64,000 nt of DNA from Marsupella aquatica (lineage: Eukaryota > Plantae > Marchantiophyta). Shown here piece after piece: positions 51,679 through 64,000 of this stretch (positions within the stretch are counted from its first letter, which is position 1; every line of letters starts with the position of its first letter). The stretch spans positions 1,390,515 to 1,454,514 of the forward strand of contig OZ316897.1 of NCBI GenBank assembly GCA_973895155.1. The letters run 5' to 3'. Made by a program: the position numbers and the translations under genes. Under the pieces are notes generated by a model. That model saw only the letters and a program-made list of their open reading frames with translations, had not been told where the DNA came from and did no database searches.

Positions 51679-52822
51679 CGTCGCTCAACCGAAGAATGAA
51701 CCAACAATAAGAAAAACAGCTAGTGCCTTCCCGAGCTTACCTGTTTCAGTCGTAATAAATTTCCACCTTCACTCCATCTCAATTCTGATCTTTTGGAACG
51801 ACAGCAACGCCCAAAAGGTATACTCCTCCGTGGTCCCAGTCCTCCCGCGTCCACAAACAAGTACGCCCTCCTTTCCTCCGTTGAGTTAGACGGCCCTCAC
51901 TTTAGCTAGCCAGTTCACTTCTTTGATTAGGCTCCCGGCTCCGTCTTCCGGCCACAATCCACCACTCGCCCCTTCCATTTGCCGCCGCCAAGCAAAATAG
52001 GACAAGGCCACTACCATTCCACTAATTCAGTCGAATTCCTTCCGCAGCTCGCCTCCAGTCCCAAATACGTAAATGCCAATCCCCTCCATACAGACAATCT
52101 TACTTTCGGTTGGTGGCAGTCACGATGTACTTCGGTTGGTGGCAGTCACGATGTACTCGATCTGCTAGCTTTCCCAGATCAAACAATTGGCCTCCCCTCT
52201 ATTCTCAGTTAACGATTTCTCTCACCCAAATCTCAACGGCTTCCCCCGACAATAGAGAGGAAGAAAAGCAAACTCTTCCGCCAGCATGCACAACCTCTCT
52301 CTTCCCACCCTGATTTTGTCGCGCACTGTAGCCACATTCCCCGACCAGCTTTAGACTAAAGTTTACGACTTTTCCACAGCGCTCTGCTTCAAATGTGCAA
52401 TGTAGCACACCAGCCCAACCCGCTCAGCTTCCCCTCTGATGAATAACAATTTAGTATACTCCTAGCCTGCACACGAAGAAGAGGAAAAATCCTCCCGCAA
52501 GCCATCCACTTCCGTGCCCACTCCCTCCCGTGTCCGGTGACACAAGGTCCAACGCCCTTCTACCGCGCACAAACCTCGCACAAACCACCCGAAAACCTAA
52601 TAAAACTCACTAGCCGTCCCAAGCAATGCGATGACGATCGCAAGCAAGATTAGATTCATTCGCAGGAGGTGTCTCTCGTGTTCCAAATTCTTCCCCCTCG
52701 GGAAGCATAGCCCACACTCGATCCAAGCCTGGGAGAATCCAAGCTCCCAAGAGCAAGCACAAGTCAAAGCCACCTTTGCACCCTCGAAGTTCCTCAGTTC
52801 AAATTCAGGAGGTATCTTTTTT

Positions 52823-55067
52823 AGCATTAACTATGTAGTAATGAAGCCGGTAAATCCTACGTCATTCCGACTGTTGATTGGTAGGCCATGGCTATACCTA
52901 GCCAAGGTAATAGAGGATTGGGGTAAGAAGGAGTTCACTTTTGGGACCCCTTCTATCACGGTATCCTGGGATACCAAGGATGACCGCCGAAGAAGCATCA
53001 GGGAGGTAGACGGGTACGACAGTGGACTGGAATCAGCCGATGAGGTACGATGGTAGAATGCCTCGCTGACCAAACCGAAGAAAGTGTCTTTGGACCAGAG
53101 GTATCCCCCAGCGGACTATGGCAAGAACCTATGGAAGGTGACTTGGAGGATTGTGACGATGAAGCTAAGGACTGCTTTGCCATAGAGTCCACCTTTTTAG
53201 CTTCAATTCCGGAGGAAGCACAAGAGGTAAGCCAGTTGGAAACAACTAGGTGGGGAGCTATACCCGAGACGGTGGATTTTCCTCAGGCGTTGTGGCAGAG
53301 CCGACAAGATCCACAACGCCATCTATCATCGGCAAGGAGTTAAAAACCAAGGGATTGGCATACAAGCCGATTACAATGGCAGAACAAATCGAGGCCCTAG
53401 TAGAAGCCGGGAGAGCACAGCGGCCTGACCCTCAAGAGGAAGAGACGGATGAAATGCATAGACACAATCCCGAGCCGAGGCAGGAAGAAAAGCCGACTAC
53501 CAATTCAAAACCAGATAGACCGGCAAGGGGACAATCTGGGGACACCAAGGAAGAAACCGACTCGGCTAGTACTGCCGAGATTCCAGTCTATGGAGGTATG
53601 AGACTGGAGAGGTTGGAGGCCGGGTTGGACCCAAATTTGAAGAAGCAGATTAATATGATCCAAGCACGGCAATACCGGAAGCTCAACTTAGGAGAAGGAA
53701 GGGAACTGAACTTGGGGCGGGACCTAGCACCTGAGCTGGAGAAAGAGATCAGTGAATTACTAATTGAATTTCAAGATGTGTTCGCATGGAGTCATCAAGA
53801 TCTGAAAGGAGTAGACCCAAAACTGGGAGAACACCAAATTGATCTCATGTTAGGAGCCAAATCATTTCGACAACCGATTCGAAGGATGAACCCTAAGTAT
53901 TCCCTGATGGTCAAAACAGAAATTGACAAACTAGTGGAAGCCGGATTCATCACTCCAGTCCTGCATTCAGACTGGGTGTCTCCAATTGTGATAGTTCCCA
54001 AGAAAACTGGACCCGATGGTAAACCCAAGATCCGGCTTTGTCAGGATTACAGGAAGCTGAATGAAGCAACGTTAAAAGACCATTTTCCTTTACCCTTTAC
54101 TGATATGGTACTAGACATGGTAGCCAGTCATGATCTATATTCATTCATGGATATGGGTACTCTGGTTATAACCAAATCAGGATTAGGCAGGAGGACCAAA
54201 TCAAGACAGCCTTCATCACGGAATGGGGGATCTATGTCTTCAATCATATGCCGTTTGGACTCTGTAACGCACCAGCTATGTTTCAACGATTGATGGTGAA
54301 CATTTTCCATGATTACTTGAGAAAGTTCATGCAAATCTTCATTGATGACTTTGCAATATTCGGGAAGGCATCGAAACATGCTAAATATCTAAGGAAGACC
54401 TTCATGAGATGCAGAGAGGTAGGTCTCAAGTTACACCCCGATAAATGTTTCTTTGGAGTAACAGAGGGGGTACTACTAGGTCACAAGGTATCAAAGAAAG
54501 GCATTGAAATTGAAAAAGGTAAGCTAGCAGTATGGCTAGATATCATGCAACCTAAGAACATAAAAGATGTAAGATCCTTCTTGGGGTGCATTGGTTATTA
54601 TCGCCGCTTCATCAAGGATTTTGCCAAGCTAGCTTTACCATTAACCAACATGCTCAAGGCAGGTGCAGACTTCGAACCCACACCAGAACGAGTAACGGCA
54701 GTGGTGGAATTGAAGCAGATGTTAGTAGAGGCCCCAGTCATGATAGCACCAGACTGGAACAAGGATTTTCATGTCTTTGTAGATGTCTCAGGCTTCTGTA
54801 TCGGCTCAGTACTAAGTCAGTTGGATGAGAAAGGGAGGGACCATCCCATATACTTTGCAAGCTGTCAGCTTGCCGATGCAGAACGGAACTACTCCACCAC
54901 AGAAAGAGAAGCATTAGGAGTCATTTATTCATGTCAAAAGTTTAGGCATTATTTGCTAGGGTACAAGGTAATCTTTCATACCGATCATGAAAGTTTGAAG
55001 TACCTAGTAAATAAGCCGGACCTTACAGGCAGGGTAGCAAGATGGATTTTGCTATTACAGGAGTTTG
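52823..55067 (+). pseudogene. pol: pol of element B: end of protease, RT and RNase H (frameshifted)
   Basis: LLIGRPWL; WVSPIVIVPKK..RLCQDYRKLN; MPFGLCNAPA; FIDD; DVSGFCIG..NYSTTERE..TDHESL. A 2-nt insertion at ~54152 breaks FMD-GYSGYNQI. Confidence 0.93.
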
Positions 55068-58000
55068 TGTGACATGGGTAACGTGTCACTTGACCAAACC
55101 CAGGTCGTAGATTAGGACTTATACGGTCATTAGGACCGTAGCCATAGCGTAGAATAGCACGTATAGCCGTCAAGTTGCCATTATGATTAGATTAGGAGTA
55201 GGTTAAGATAACTGAATAATTACGAGTTCAGGAAAGGGATTATTATGCACGACCGAGGTACGGTGGCGGCAGCGGAGTAAAAATCAGTTAGAAGAATCAC
55301 GCTTGGACCGAGGCGCCGACTTCAGCTCGTTATCAATGACCAAACGGCCTGACCTTCTCACGCTCGGGCTCATCCTGGCACCCCCATAAGAGAGGAGCCG
55401 ATGGCACTGCGGGCCATTCGCTCATATTTACCTTTTTGGAATTCGTGGACGCTGCCATCCGCTCGCCTTTTTTATTGAATCCAGTCGACCTTTACGAGGA
55501 GATTATCGAGGGAGAAGAGCGGAATGTGGCGAGATTTAGTCAGGATGAGCGAGGCCTCCGCGAAAAAGGACCAGTCAGGTGGGAACGCAGACGCAACGAA
55601 CCGGACTACGAGGTTAGTATGACCCTCACAGCCTTGGGATTTTGGACCTTGTTTGGCGAGGTAGGTGCTAAGTTCTCCGAGACTTACTGGTACTCTTGCC
55701 CCGAGAAAGCCGCTTACAAACGAAGGTACGCAAAGCTGGTAACCAAGGTAGCACTGGTTAATTGCAAAAGGACAGCCATCACCAGGGATTCTAGCTACAA
55801 CGAGCTGTGAGACTACATCACCGAACTATATCTCAACGAGGAAGGGCTTAGATCGGTAGCAGAGGCGATTCTTGAGGTTCCAGCTAAGTTCTTTAAGCTG
55901 AAGGGCAACCAGCGGCTTACTCAAGCGGAGTCCGACAAGATTCCGGGGTACCTAGACCAGCAGATCGCAGCCAAAAAGCGCCAAGAAGACATCAGCAGAC
56001 AACGGGAAGCGGCGCGTAATCTCACGTTTCTCGAGGAAAGCTCCAACGCCTTCAACTGGGATATGGCTACCCCAGTGCCTCAACCGATGACCACCGGAGT
56101 ACCGCCGAACCAGTCCCAAGTCCGTCCAGTAATCAACACGGAGTGTTTTTCGGGTTCTGAGCGAGCTAGTCTGCAACTCGAACAGCGTCCTCATAAGCGG
56201 CCAAGGACTACGACGGCCCCCGAGCCAACAACACGGGCCGACGCCGCACCTGCACCTGCCCCGGCAAACCCCCCGACCAACCAGACCCGACGGCCCCCGG
56301 ATAACTCGAAGTCCAACTTATTATAGGTAATCCGCGTCCCCGAGGTAGTCTGGATCGCGATCAAGAAACTTGAACATGCGGACTATCTCAAGGAGCATCA
56401 GTTGGAGCGGTTCACCCACTTGCTATGGAGGCCGTGCGCCGCCGGGCCGAAGGAGATTTGTGAGTTCATCTCCAATTTCGACACTGATGCGTCGACCACC
56501 AAGGTTTCGAGGCAGGCCTTATCACTCACGGAGCATCGGTTAACGCAAATTTTCTGCCTACCAACCGGGCCGGTGCCGGTGGAAATCCGAATTCGGGATA
56601 AGGAGTATACGCCGCGGCACTTCAAACCCGAGGGTAAGACGGACAACGGATACAAGCAGGGGGCGTGCACCAACTTAACCTGTATGGAGCGGCTTAACTT
56701 CATACGGACTACCCTACACATGATTGAGCCACGATCTGAGATTTCCCTCTACACGATCGTGCAGGTGGAACAGTACAAACGACAAAACTGGGCCCAATTC
56801 TTCTACCAAAGATTCTCGGGGGAGCTGAAGCGGGCTCAGGGTGGTATGGCTATTGGAGGGAAGACTTACTTGGGAAGTCATGTCGCCATTATCCTCGCCT
56901 GGTACAAGGCACGGCGGGAGGCCAGAGGAAAGAATATGGCCACCTCAGCCCCGGGTAATGTCACCCCCGCCCCAAAGGAGGCAACCCCGACTACGCGGAC
57001 TACCGTCCCTCGGGCAAACCCCGAGCCGGAAGCCCCGACTAATACTCCGCAACCGCCCCCTGTGGAAATTCCACCGCCTCCTTCTGTTGAGCCTCCGCTA
57101 CCTGCAGTACAACCACCCCCAATCCCTCCACCACCTAAAGAAACCTTCCCCTCCCCAGTGCTGACTACGGAGGAGCTCATTGCCCCTGCCGAGGAACCAC
57201 CGGTACCCGAGAGGATGGAGGACTACCAAGTAGCCCCGGGGACCATGGCCTACGACCTGGTCCAGAAGTTTAGCCAGACTATGTCTGGGGAGCTGGCGAC
57301 ATACATCGGACAACAAGTCTCGGCGTACTTCCAGCCAGCCTTCTTCATGTTAGAGCACCAACCACGGATCGTCAGCCGCTTGGAAGAAGAACTCATGGCG
57401 AAGGGGAATGAGATCGGGCGTCTCCAGATGATGGTAGAGCACCTCGAGGAGGAGGCAACGACCCACCGCGAGGATTTAGTCCGCACTGTCGAACAGAGGG
57501 ACGGACTAACCCAGGAGTTAAGCGGAGCGCAGGCCGAACTCAAGAAGCTGGACGACACCGTGCTTCAATTACGCTCAGAATCTTCGGCTTGGGTTACCAG
57601 CCTGACCGACCTCAACAAACAATTCCTGTAGGCAGCACAGCAGGTGGCTGGTCTCTCCGCCGAACGAGATAAATTGCTAGCGCAGGACCAGGTCCATCGC
57701 GACGCCATCGACCAGCTCAACTTGGAGGTGGCGCGGCTCCAGACTGAAGCCGATGAAGCTGCAAACGAGGCGGAGGAAGCAGTACGGGACAACAAGGCTT
57801 TGCAGGACCGCGTCACCCTGCTCGTCCTCCAGCAGGGAAAACCTGGGCCCACCTCTGATCAAGGCGGCTCGAGGTCTCGCCCCGACAAGGGGACCAGCCC
57901 TGGTCCAACCACTGCACACACGTAAGGGGTGGTTAGCGAAGGGTAGAAGCAGGCGCCGCGCGAGGCGGTTAAGTCAGCGGCATCTTTTGGTTAGGCGTAA

Positions 58001-58908
58001 CGATAGAATGACTGTCATTAGGCGCCGATTAGCGGCAGTAGGAAGAATTAGGGCCGGTCAGTTAGGATCAGCCAACGTAGGATGGAGTCCATCAACGGAC
58101 TAGAGTTTGTCAGTAGGCTTGGCCGCTGCCATTCCGGTTGGCACACTCATAGTCGACGGTCAACCGGTCAGTGCAGCGCGACCAGTAGTCAGCAGATAGT
58201 TAGTCAGTAGGTAGTACCCCGGAAGGTAGTATCCTCCGGTTCTCTTCCGCTATGGGTATTTAGGCTTCCCCTTCCACGATGGAAAGGGGGGAGAAGGCTT
58301 AGTTATCTCAGCAGAAGAAAGGCGAGGCACGAGGAGTCCCGGCCTGAGTAGGGTCAGAGCGCACCAAGGAGTGAGAGCCAGAGTCGAGCTTGCTGGGCAA
58401 GTGCGAGGCAGGGCCTCGTAGAGACTGGGCATCGACTGCCGTTGGGCCTGCTGACCCCCTTTGAAGTCGAGTCAACCATGTAAACTGATGCTTCGCTGAG
58501 TAAATGTAGTCTTTTTCCCCCTAATGTTTCTGAGAGTAACTGGTGTTGTGTGTATGCTTTGTCTGGGCAAAGGCGCCATTTTAAGGGACGTACCGGGTGT
58601 GGACTAATGGTAGGGATTGCCACTCATTGCATGTCACAAGGTCCTGTCACGTCGATGGCTTGAAAAGCCCCAAGTCGGGAGTTAGTCCGCGTCACTAACT
58701 GAGGGAATATTCCAGCGGTGGAAAATAAATATACCTATGTCAAGTACGAATTATGCGAGTGTTATACCAGTAAGTATATCGGCTTAGCCCGACTTAGGGC
58801 TATTGAAGGTCACTACACACCTCCTTGCCCGAACCCTCACCCCTACTGGTGGTCGAGGTCGCACCACGACACTAACCTGGATTTAAGGCCCAGGTTAGGG
58901 GTGCGACA
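55068..58908 (+). mobile_element. Giant solo LTR, family C (3841 bp), containing a homologous large ORF
   Basis: TGTGACA...GCGACA termini and TSD GTTTG (55063-55067 / 58909-58913). The host frame LLLQEF|DYELKIKPGK is restored on removal. Confidence 0.9.
55436..57925 (+). pseudogene. LTR-encoded protein, family C (in-frame stops at 55808, 56324 and 57629)
   Basis: ORFs 55436, 56063, 56402 and 57644 share one frame. LTEHRLTQIFCLP..DNGY..ERLNF..HMIEPRSEIS..IGGKTYLGSHVAIILAWY aligns with family A. Confidence 0.8.
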
Positions 58909-58913
58909 GTTTG

Positions 58914-60364
58914 ACTACGAGCTAAAAATCAAGCCGGGAAAGCTACACGCCAATGCCGACTTCTTTTCAAGGATCACAGGTGAACCAGCCACGGATTGCA
59001 TCGATGATCGATTCCCCGACGAGGAGCTATTTGTTGTGGAAATAACTGATACATGGTACCCGGAGATTTTGCAATTTCTCAGCACGTCCAGATTACAACC
59101 AGGGCTAACCCAAGAACAAGCCGCAGTCTTCCTGCGGAAGGTCAGACAGTATCAGTACATTAAGGGTGTGCTACACAGGTATGGAATCAGCGACACTATC
59201 CAAAGGTGTTTAGAAGAGGAAGAGATAAAACGAGTCTTACGGGCTATGCATGGAGAAGAGGCCGGAGGACATTTTTCTCTAGTAACCATGTCTAAAAAGA
59301 TATTAAATGCCGGTTACTGATGGCCCACCTTTCACAAGGATGTCTATCAGTTCATCAAACAATGTGATCCTTGTCAGCGAGCAGGAGGACCAAGGGCGTC
59401 TACAAGACATCCACTGCACCCTATTCTACCTCTGGCACCATTTGAGAAGTGGGGTATTGATTACATTGGACTACTGAAACCATTAACCCATCCTCAAAGA
59501 AACAAGTACATAATCCTGGCCATGGATTATGCAACTAGGTGGGTGGAGGCTAGGCCGACAACGAAGGATGATGCAATTACTACAGCTTGATTTATGTATG
59601 AGCAGATCTTCACCAGGTATGGAGCACCCCTAGAATTAGTTAGTGATAGAGGAACCCATTTTCTGAATGATATAATTAGTCGTTTAAATGAGCAGTATTT
59701 AGTTAGACATAGGCCTACCACTCCTTACCACCCAAAGGCAAATGGATTGACAGAACAAGCCAATGGGATTATAGGAAAGATATTGAACAAGACAGTAGCT
59801 CAAAACAAACTTGATTGGGATGATAAATTGTTTGCTGCCGTTTTTGCTTACAATTTAGCCTATAAATCCACTACCGGTCATACACCCTTTTTCTTAACCT
59901 TTGGACAGGAAGCTCTGGTACCCATGCAACTTGAGATACCAACATTTCAAGTTACCATTGAGGAAAGAGTCTCTGAGGAGGGAAGCCTGAAAGAACGAGA
60001 ATATAGATTAGAAGCTTTAGAGGAGGCAAGAATGATTTCAGCCGAGAGAGTAGAATATAGACAGAATATCATGAAGCAGCAGTATGATAAAAAGTTGAAA
60101 GTAGTTAGTATTCACACAGGAGACCTTGTATTACTTTATGACAGTAGGTATAGTAAGTTTCCAGGGAAGCTTTACACTCGCTGGCTAGGACCTTTCAGGG
60201 TATCAAAGAAGTTCCCCAATGGCTCGGTACAATTGGCCAACATTACCGGAGAGGTGTACCCAATTTGTATTCACTACGACCGCCTCAAGAAATACTATAT
60301 GGACGAAGATGAAGTTGTTTGCGAGGACGCTTCACAATTAAGTGGGGAGCTATGTGATGCCTAG
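58914..60364 (+). pseudogene. Integrase of element B (stops at 59318 and 59588)
   Basis: HHCC (MHGEEAGGH..CDPC), WGID, LVSDRGTHF, YHPKANGLTE and WLGPF motifs. Confidence 0.93.
60339..60349 (+). promoter_or_regulatory. Polypurine tract
   Basis: AAGTGGGGAG lies just before the TG start of the 3' LTR. Confidence 0.7.
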
Positions 60365-63300
60365 CCAGGAATCACTGGGCTAGTTTAAAGTGGAAAAGGG
60401 AAGAGTACCCTAGAAACACATTAGTATAGTTACAAAAATAAGGAAAATATAAACAATTAAGGGTGACTATGGAACCCGAGCCAAGGCCGGAAGTGAGGAC
60501 GCCAGGGGAGAGAACACAATTAGGGTTAGGGCACGCTAAGTGCCGGCGGCTAGGGGTCACGACCAAAAGACAAACGCCGAGGAGAAGAGGGGTAAGGACC
60601 GCTCGCGAGGAGTTGTGGCTCATTTGCAGGCACGAACTGGGCAGACGACTACGGGCGGCCAACTACTGTCAACTGCTTAGGCAGGTACTCAGGGTGGAAG
60701 CAGATACCAACTATCAACTCAAGAAGGGTATGAGCAACATCAATCAAGCGGCACATTTTTGGGGATGCCTGTTCGAATGGGCAACTGGGTACATTGGGAC
60801 TTACAAGGACAAAGAATCGGAGAGAGCAGCAAGAGAACGGCAGGAGCTCGCTCAATTGTGGGAGCTGCAGAAAGCTGCCTTCTTAGGAGGAGAACTCATC
60901 AAGGCCGAATTCTTGTGGACTCCTATCGGTAACGAGCTAGACGACCTGCTGTTTTGCAAAAACAGAGTCGTCGGCATCCGCAAAGCCATCAAACGCTGCA
61001 ACAACATACACTGGGAGTTGAAGGGTAGCACAGAGGGGTGGACAAAGGCAACCGTGCTAGGAGAGACATCCACGGCAGCCGAGATGAAGAGAAAGGGAAA
61101 CAACAACGAAGGGGCCACCCTGGCAAAAAGAACGAGGTCGGTGGCACCAAAGAAACCAGCCGAACAGCAGAGTAGGAGAGAGAGAGAAGCCAAGGAGGAG
61201 GAGGTTGACCCCATCAACGTCGTTCCAACGAGAGATGACACCTGGAAAGGATGGGCGGCGATCCTCCCCGAGGAGGTCCAATTATACTTTGCAAGGGAGG
61301 AGGATGCATGCTTTACGGCTATGCAGACTCGGAAATATCAGGGCTTCATGGCCGGATCCGGCTTGGAAGCCTTCGTAAGGTTACCGTGGCTGAAGCCGGA
61401 GGTACCGAATTCAGACTTCCTTGAATTCGTGGGATCATGGGAGTCCGAGACCAATTCCACATAGGTGTATGGGAAGGATTTCTATCTCACTCCCCAGGTG
61501 ATTGCATAAGTGTTTGGCTTGCCAATGGGCAATAAGACCAAGGTAGATACCAGGAAGACCTTGCCAGACACGGAGTTCAGGTCGTTTCCAGGGCCTTCAA
61601 CAAAGAATGGCTTCTTCCGTAACACCTGCACCAACCCGCATATAGGTGAGATGATCGATTTCTTGCGGGTGACCATGCATTGCAACTAGCCAAGACCAGA
61701 GATCGGCAAGGCACAGGTCTATCTGGCAGAGAGGCCAGACCCAAACCGGGACTACAACGGTTACCTCCTCACTCAACTAAAGAAGATCTTGAAGGAGGAA
61801 CAGCTGGTGATCGGCAAGGGAAGCATGTCCCGGCTTGGCTATCACATGCCGCTATTGTGTCGGTATGCCCAAAGTAAGACCTTTGCCCCGGTACTTCCTC
61901 TACAGGCAAGGGCACCCGAGGAGGTTCCGTAACAAAGGCCGGCAACAGAGAAACCCAACCCGCCCGACAGTCTTACAATCGAGCAGGTGTTTAGGCCAAG
62001 GACGGAGGACTTGCCGATGTAGCAACCAGGCATGCAGAACCTGCTGAAATTGCTGGAGAGAGAAAAGAGAACAGCAACGGCAACGGCAACAATACAAAAC
62101 ACTGCTCCAGAGGTTGGCCTAAACCGGCTTACAAAGGAAAACCCCTTTACTGGAGTCAAGGAGAGAAGGAGGCCGGAACATGAGCCGGGAGTCCGGATGT
62201 ATGTAGGAGCCTCTAGTCCCGAAGCCGAGGAGAAGCAGGCCGTAGCTCCCGGCCACGACAAGGAGAACAAGAGATCAACACGGGAGCCGGAGGAGGAACC
62301 AAGACCGATGAGAGGTGAAGCCGTGTTCACAACAAAACCAGGAGAACGGCGGGAGAAGCCGGTAGTCCAAACCGAGGAGGAGGTGGTGGACTACAGCAAT
62401 GATGACTCCGGCTACGGGTCGGATCATCATGTTCCAGGAGTAAGGACCTGTGGTCGCTTCATCCCCACGCTCCCAAGAGTAGTCCGAGGGGACCCCAACC
62501 AGCAGAGTAGCCCCGAGTCTCCCCCACCAGAGATTGCTCCCCCGAGCTTTGACGGCATAAAACAGACGGCACAGGAATTTCAAGAGCGACTTAGGGAGGA
62601 TGAGAAAGCGGCCCTAGCTAGGGAGAAGGATTTACCAGGAGGAGATTGGCCGGAGGACATCATGCGGCTTGCCGAAAAAAGAAGCAACCCTCTTGCCACC
62701 ATAGAAGAAATACGCAAGACAGCTTGGGAGCAGAGGCCGCGATGGATGATGCCGATGACTTCTACTTCCTCCACCTATGCTAAAGATAGAGCCATGGAGT
62801 ACGGGGAGATGTGTGGGGAATTGGCGCTCAGCATCTTTGGGGAGGAGTTGGAGCAGGGACCCTTTTTCCAGAGGGAGATGTTGGACAAACGCCAATTAGA
62901 AGAAGCGATGGCCTTGGAAAGAAGCAAGAAGGAGGAGGTCATCCGTCGGCTTAGGGCAAGGGAAGCCAAAATTGAAGATCTGAGGGCGGCCAGGAAAGCC
63001 CAAGATGAGCTGTGGATTAAGCGGCATGAGCTAAATATCATGCAGGGCCAGTTAGATACCGCACAGTCAGATAACCGGATTATCAAGAATAAACTGCCGC
63101 GGACCCAAGGAGAGTTGGCCGATGCGATCAAGGAGCGGGAGAAGTGGAAGCGAGAACTAAGGGATGTAGAGGAGGCCCACATAACAGCCAACAACCGGGC
63201 CATGGTAGAGACCCAGAGAAGGGAAAGGGCGTTGAAGGGGGAGCTCAAGGATATCCGCGGAGCCCTTGAGCAGAAGGAGGCCGAGTTAGGGAAATCCTAT

Positions 63301-64000
63301 CAAGGGATTATTGCGTTGCAACAGGAGCTTGCGTCCCTGACGGCCAGCTTCAAGGCCGACCTACGGGAGAAAGACGACCAGCTCGACCAGACTTATGCCA
63401 AGATGAATAAAATGGAGTCTGTGGTCGTAACGGAGCTCGACAAAGAACTAAGAGCAACCCAGGAGGAGAGGGCTACCTTGAAAAAGGAATTGAAGGAAGC
63501 CCACAGGGAGCTGGAGGAATCCCAGAAAGAACTGGAGGAGGCACGCAAGGACCTGGACGAGGTGCAGGAGGAGTTGGAGGAAAGCACACGGAGGCTGGAG
63601 AACTTACAACGACGAGCCAACAACCAAACGGAGCGACTGAAGAAACAAGCCGCATTATTTAAGTGCTTGGCTTCATCAGGCCCAACTCCAATTGGGGCAA
63701 CCAAGCTACCAGGAGTGGTACTGACCAAAGGACAAGCCGCGCCACTTGCACCAGTGCCGGAAGTAAGTGGGAAGGGGAAGGGACCAGCTGCCGAACCAGA
63801 GAAGAAGAAGAAGCGGAAAACTTATGGGTCAAGGAGTAATGCGGCTCCACAGGCCGAGGTGACCAAGGAGGTAAACCCAGCACCGACCCCAGGCAGGGTC
63901 ACGGCAGAGGATCCAACTACCCTAGAAGAAGGGGATGCCGAGGCCTTGGCTCAAGCCGAAGCCGTGGCTGATGCCAAAACCGATGTCGAGGCCAAAGCCG
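60353..64000 (+). repeat. 3' LTR of element B (incomplete in window; ~4.7 kb predicted)
   Basis: Starts TGTGATGCC as at 35886 and includes an extra 1743 bp. Confidence 0.9.
60469..64000 (+). pseudogene. LTR-encoded protein, family B, undeleted copy (~1200 aa reconstructed, several stops)
   Basis: GLEAFVRLPW..FLEFVGSW..GKDFYLTPQVIA*VFGLP..KNGFFRNTC..EMIDFLRVTMH..PRPEIGKAQV aligns with the family A/C domain. C-terminal coiled coil. Confidence 0.78.

Larger units (their letters stand above)
45356..52806 (-). mobile_element. Full-length L1-clade LINE (7.45 kb) with intact ORF1 and ORF2
   Basis: 16-bp TSD AGGAGGTATCTTTTTT (45340-45355 / 52807-52822). The host frame TEIGGIFF|SINYVVMKP is restored on removal. 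Confidence 0.95.
35886..64000 (+). mobile_element. Full Ty3/gypsy LTR retrotransposon (family B, non-chromovirus-like) with giant protein-coding LTRs and three nested insertions
   Basis: Order: 5'LTR, PBS, gag, PR, RT, RH, INT, PPT, 3'LTR. No chromodomain after the integrase GPF motif. The 3' LTR runs off the window. Candidate TSD CATAC at 35881-35885 cannot be confirmed. Confidence 0.92.

Overview
Eukaryotic, almost certainly plant, genomic DNA (GT-AG introns, plant-type L1, Ty3/gypsy and MULE elements; a non-seed plant such as a bryophyte is my guess). Positions 1-13 kb hold the first exon of a probable host gene, an old inverted repeat and mostly anonymous sequence. Two candidate novel systems stand out. 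(1) An ~11.7 kb Mutator-like DNA transposon (~13848-25530) with ~260 bp imperfect TIRs. It has a DDE/SWIM transposase on the minus strand and, divergently, a 5-exon gene fusing a ParB/Srx-like domain (DGNHR) to a bacterial beta-class N4/N6 DNA-methyltransferase-like fold. About 19 copies of a 15-bp palindrome, TAGCGCCNGGCGCTA, sit in its non-coding DNA. (2) A nest of Ty3/gypsy material from three families whose giant LTRs (3.8-4.7 kb) each contain a large homologous protein-coding gene (conserved domain, Pro-rich linker, coiled coil). One full element has both LTRs (35886 to beyond 64000), and three solo LTRs each have TG..CA ends and perfect 5-bp TSDs. A full-length L1 with intact ORFs and a 16-bp TSD, a truncated L1, and older gypsy and MULE remnants complete the nest. 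All family assignments come from motif recognition by eye, not database searches.
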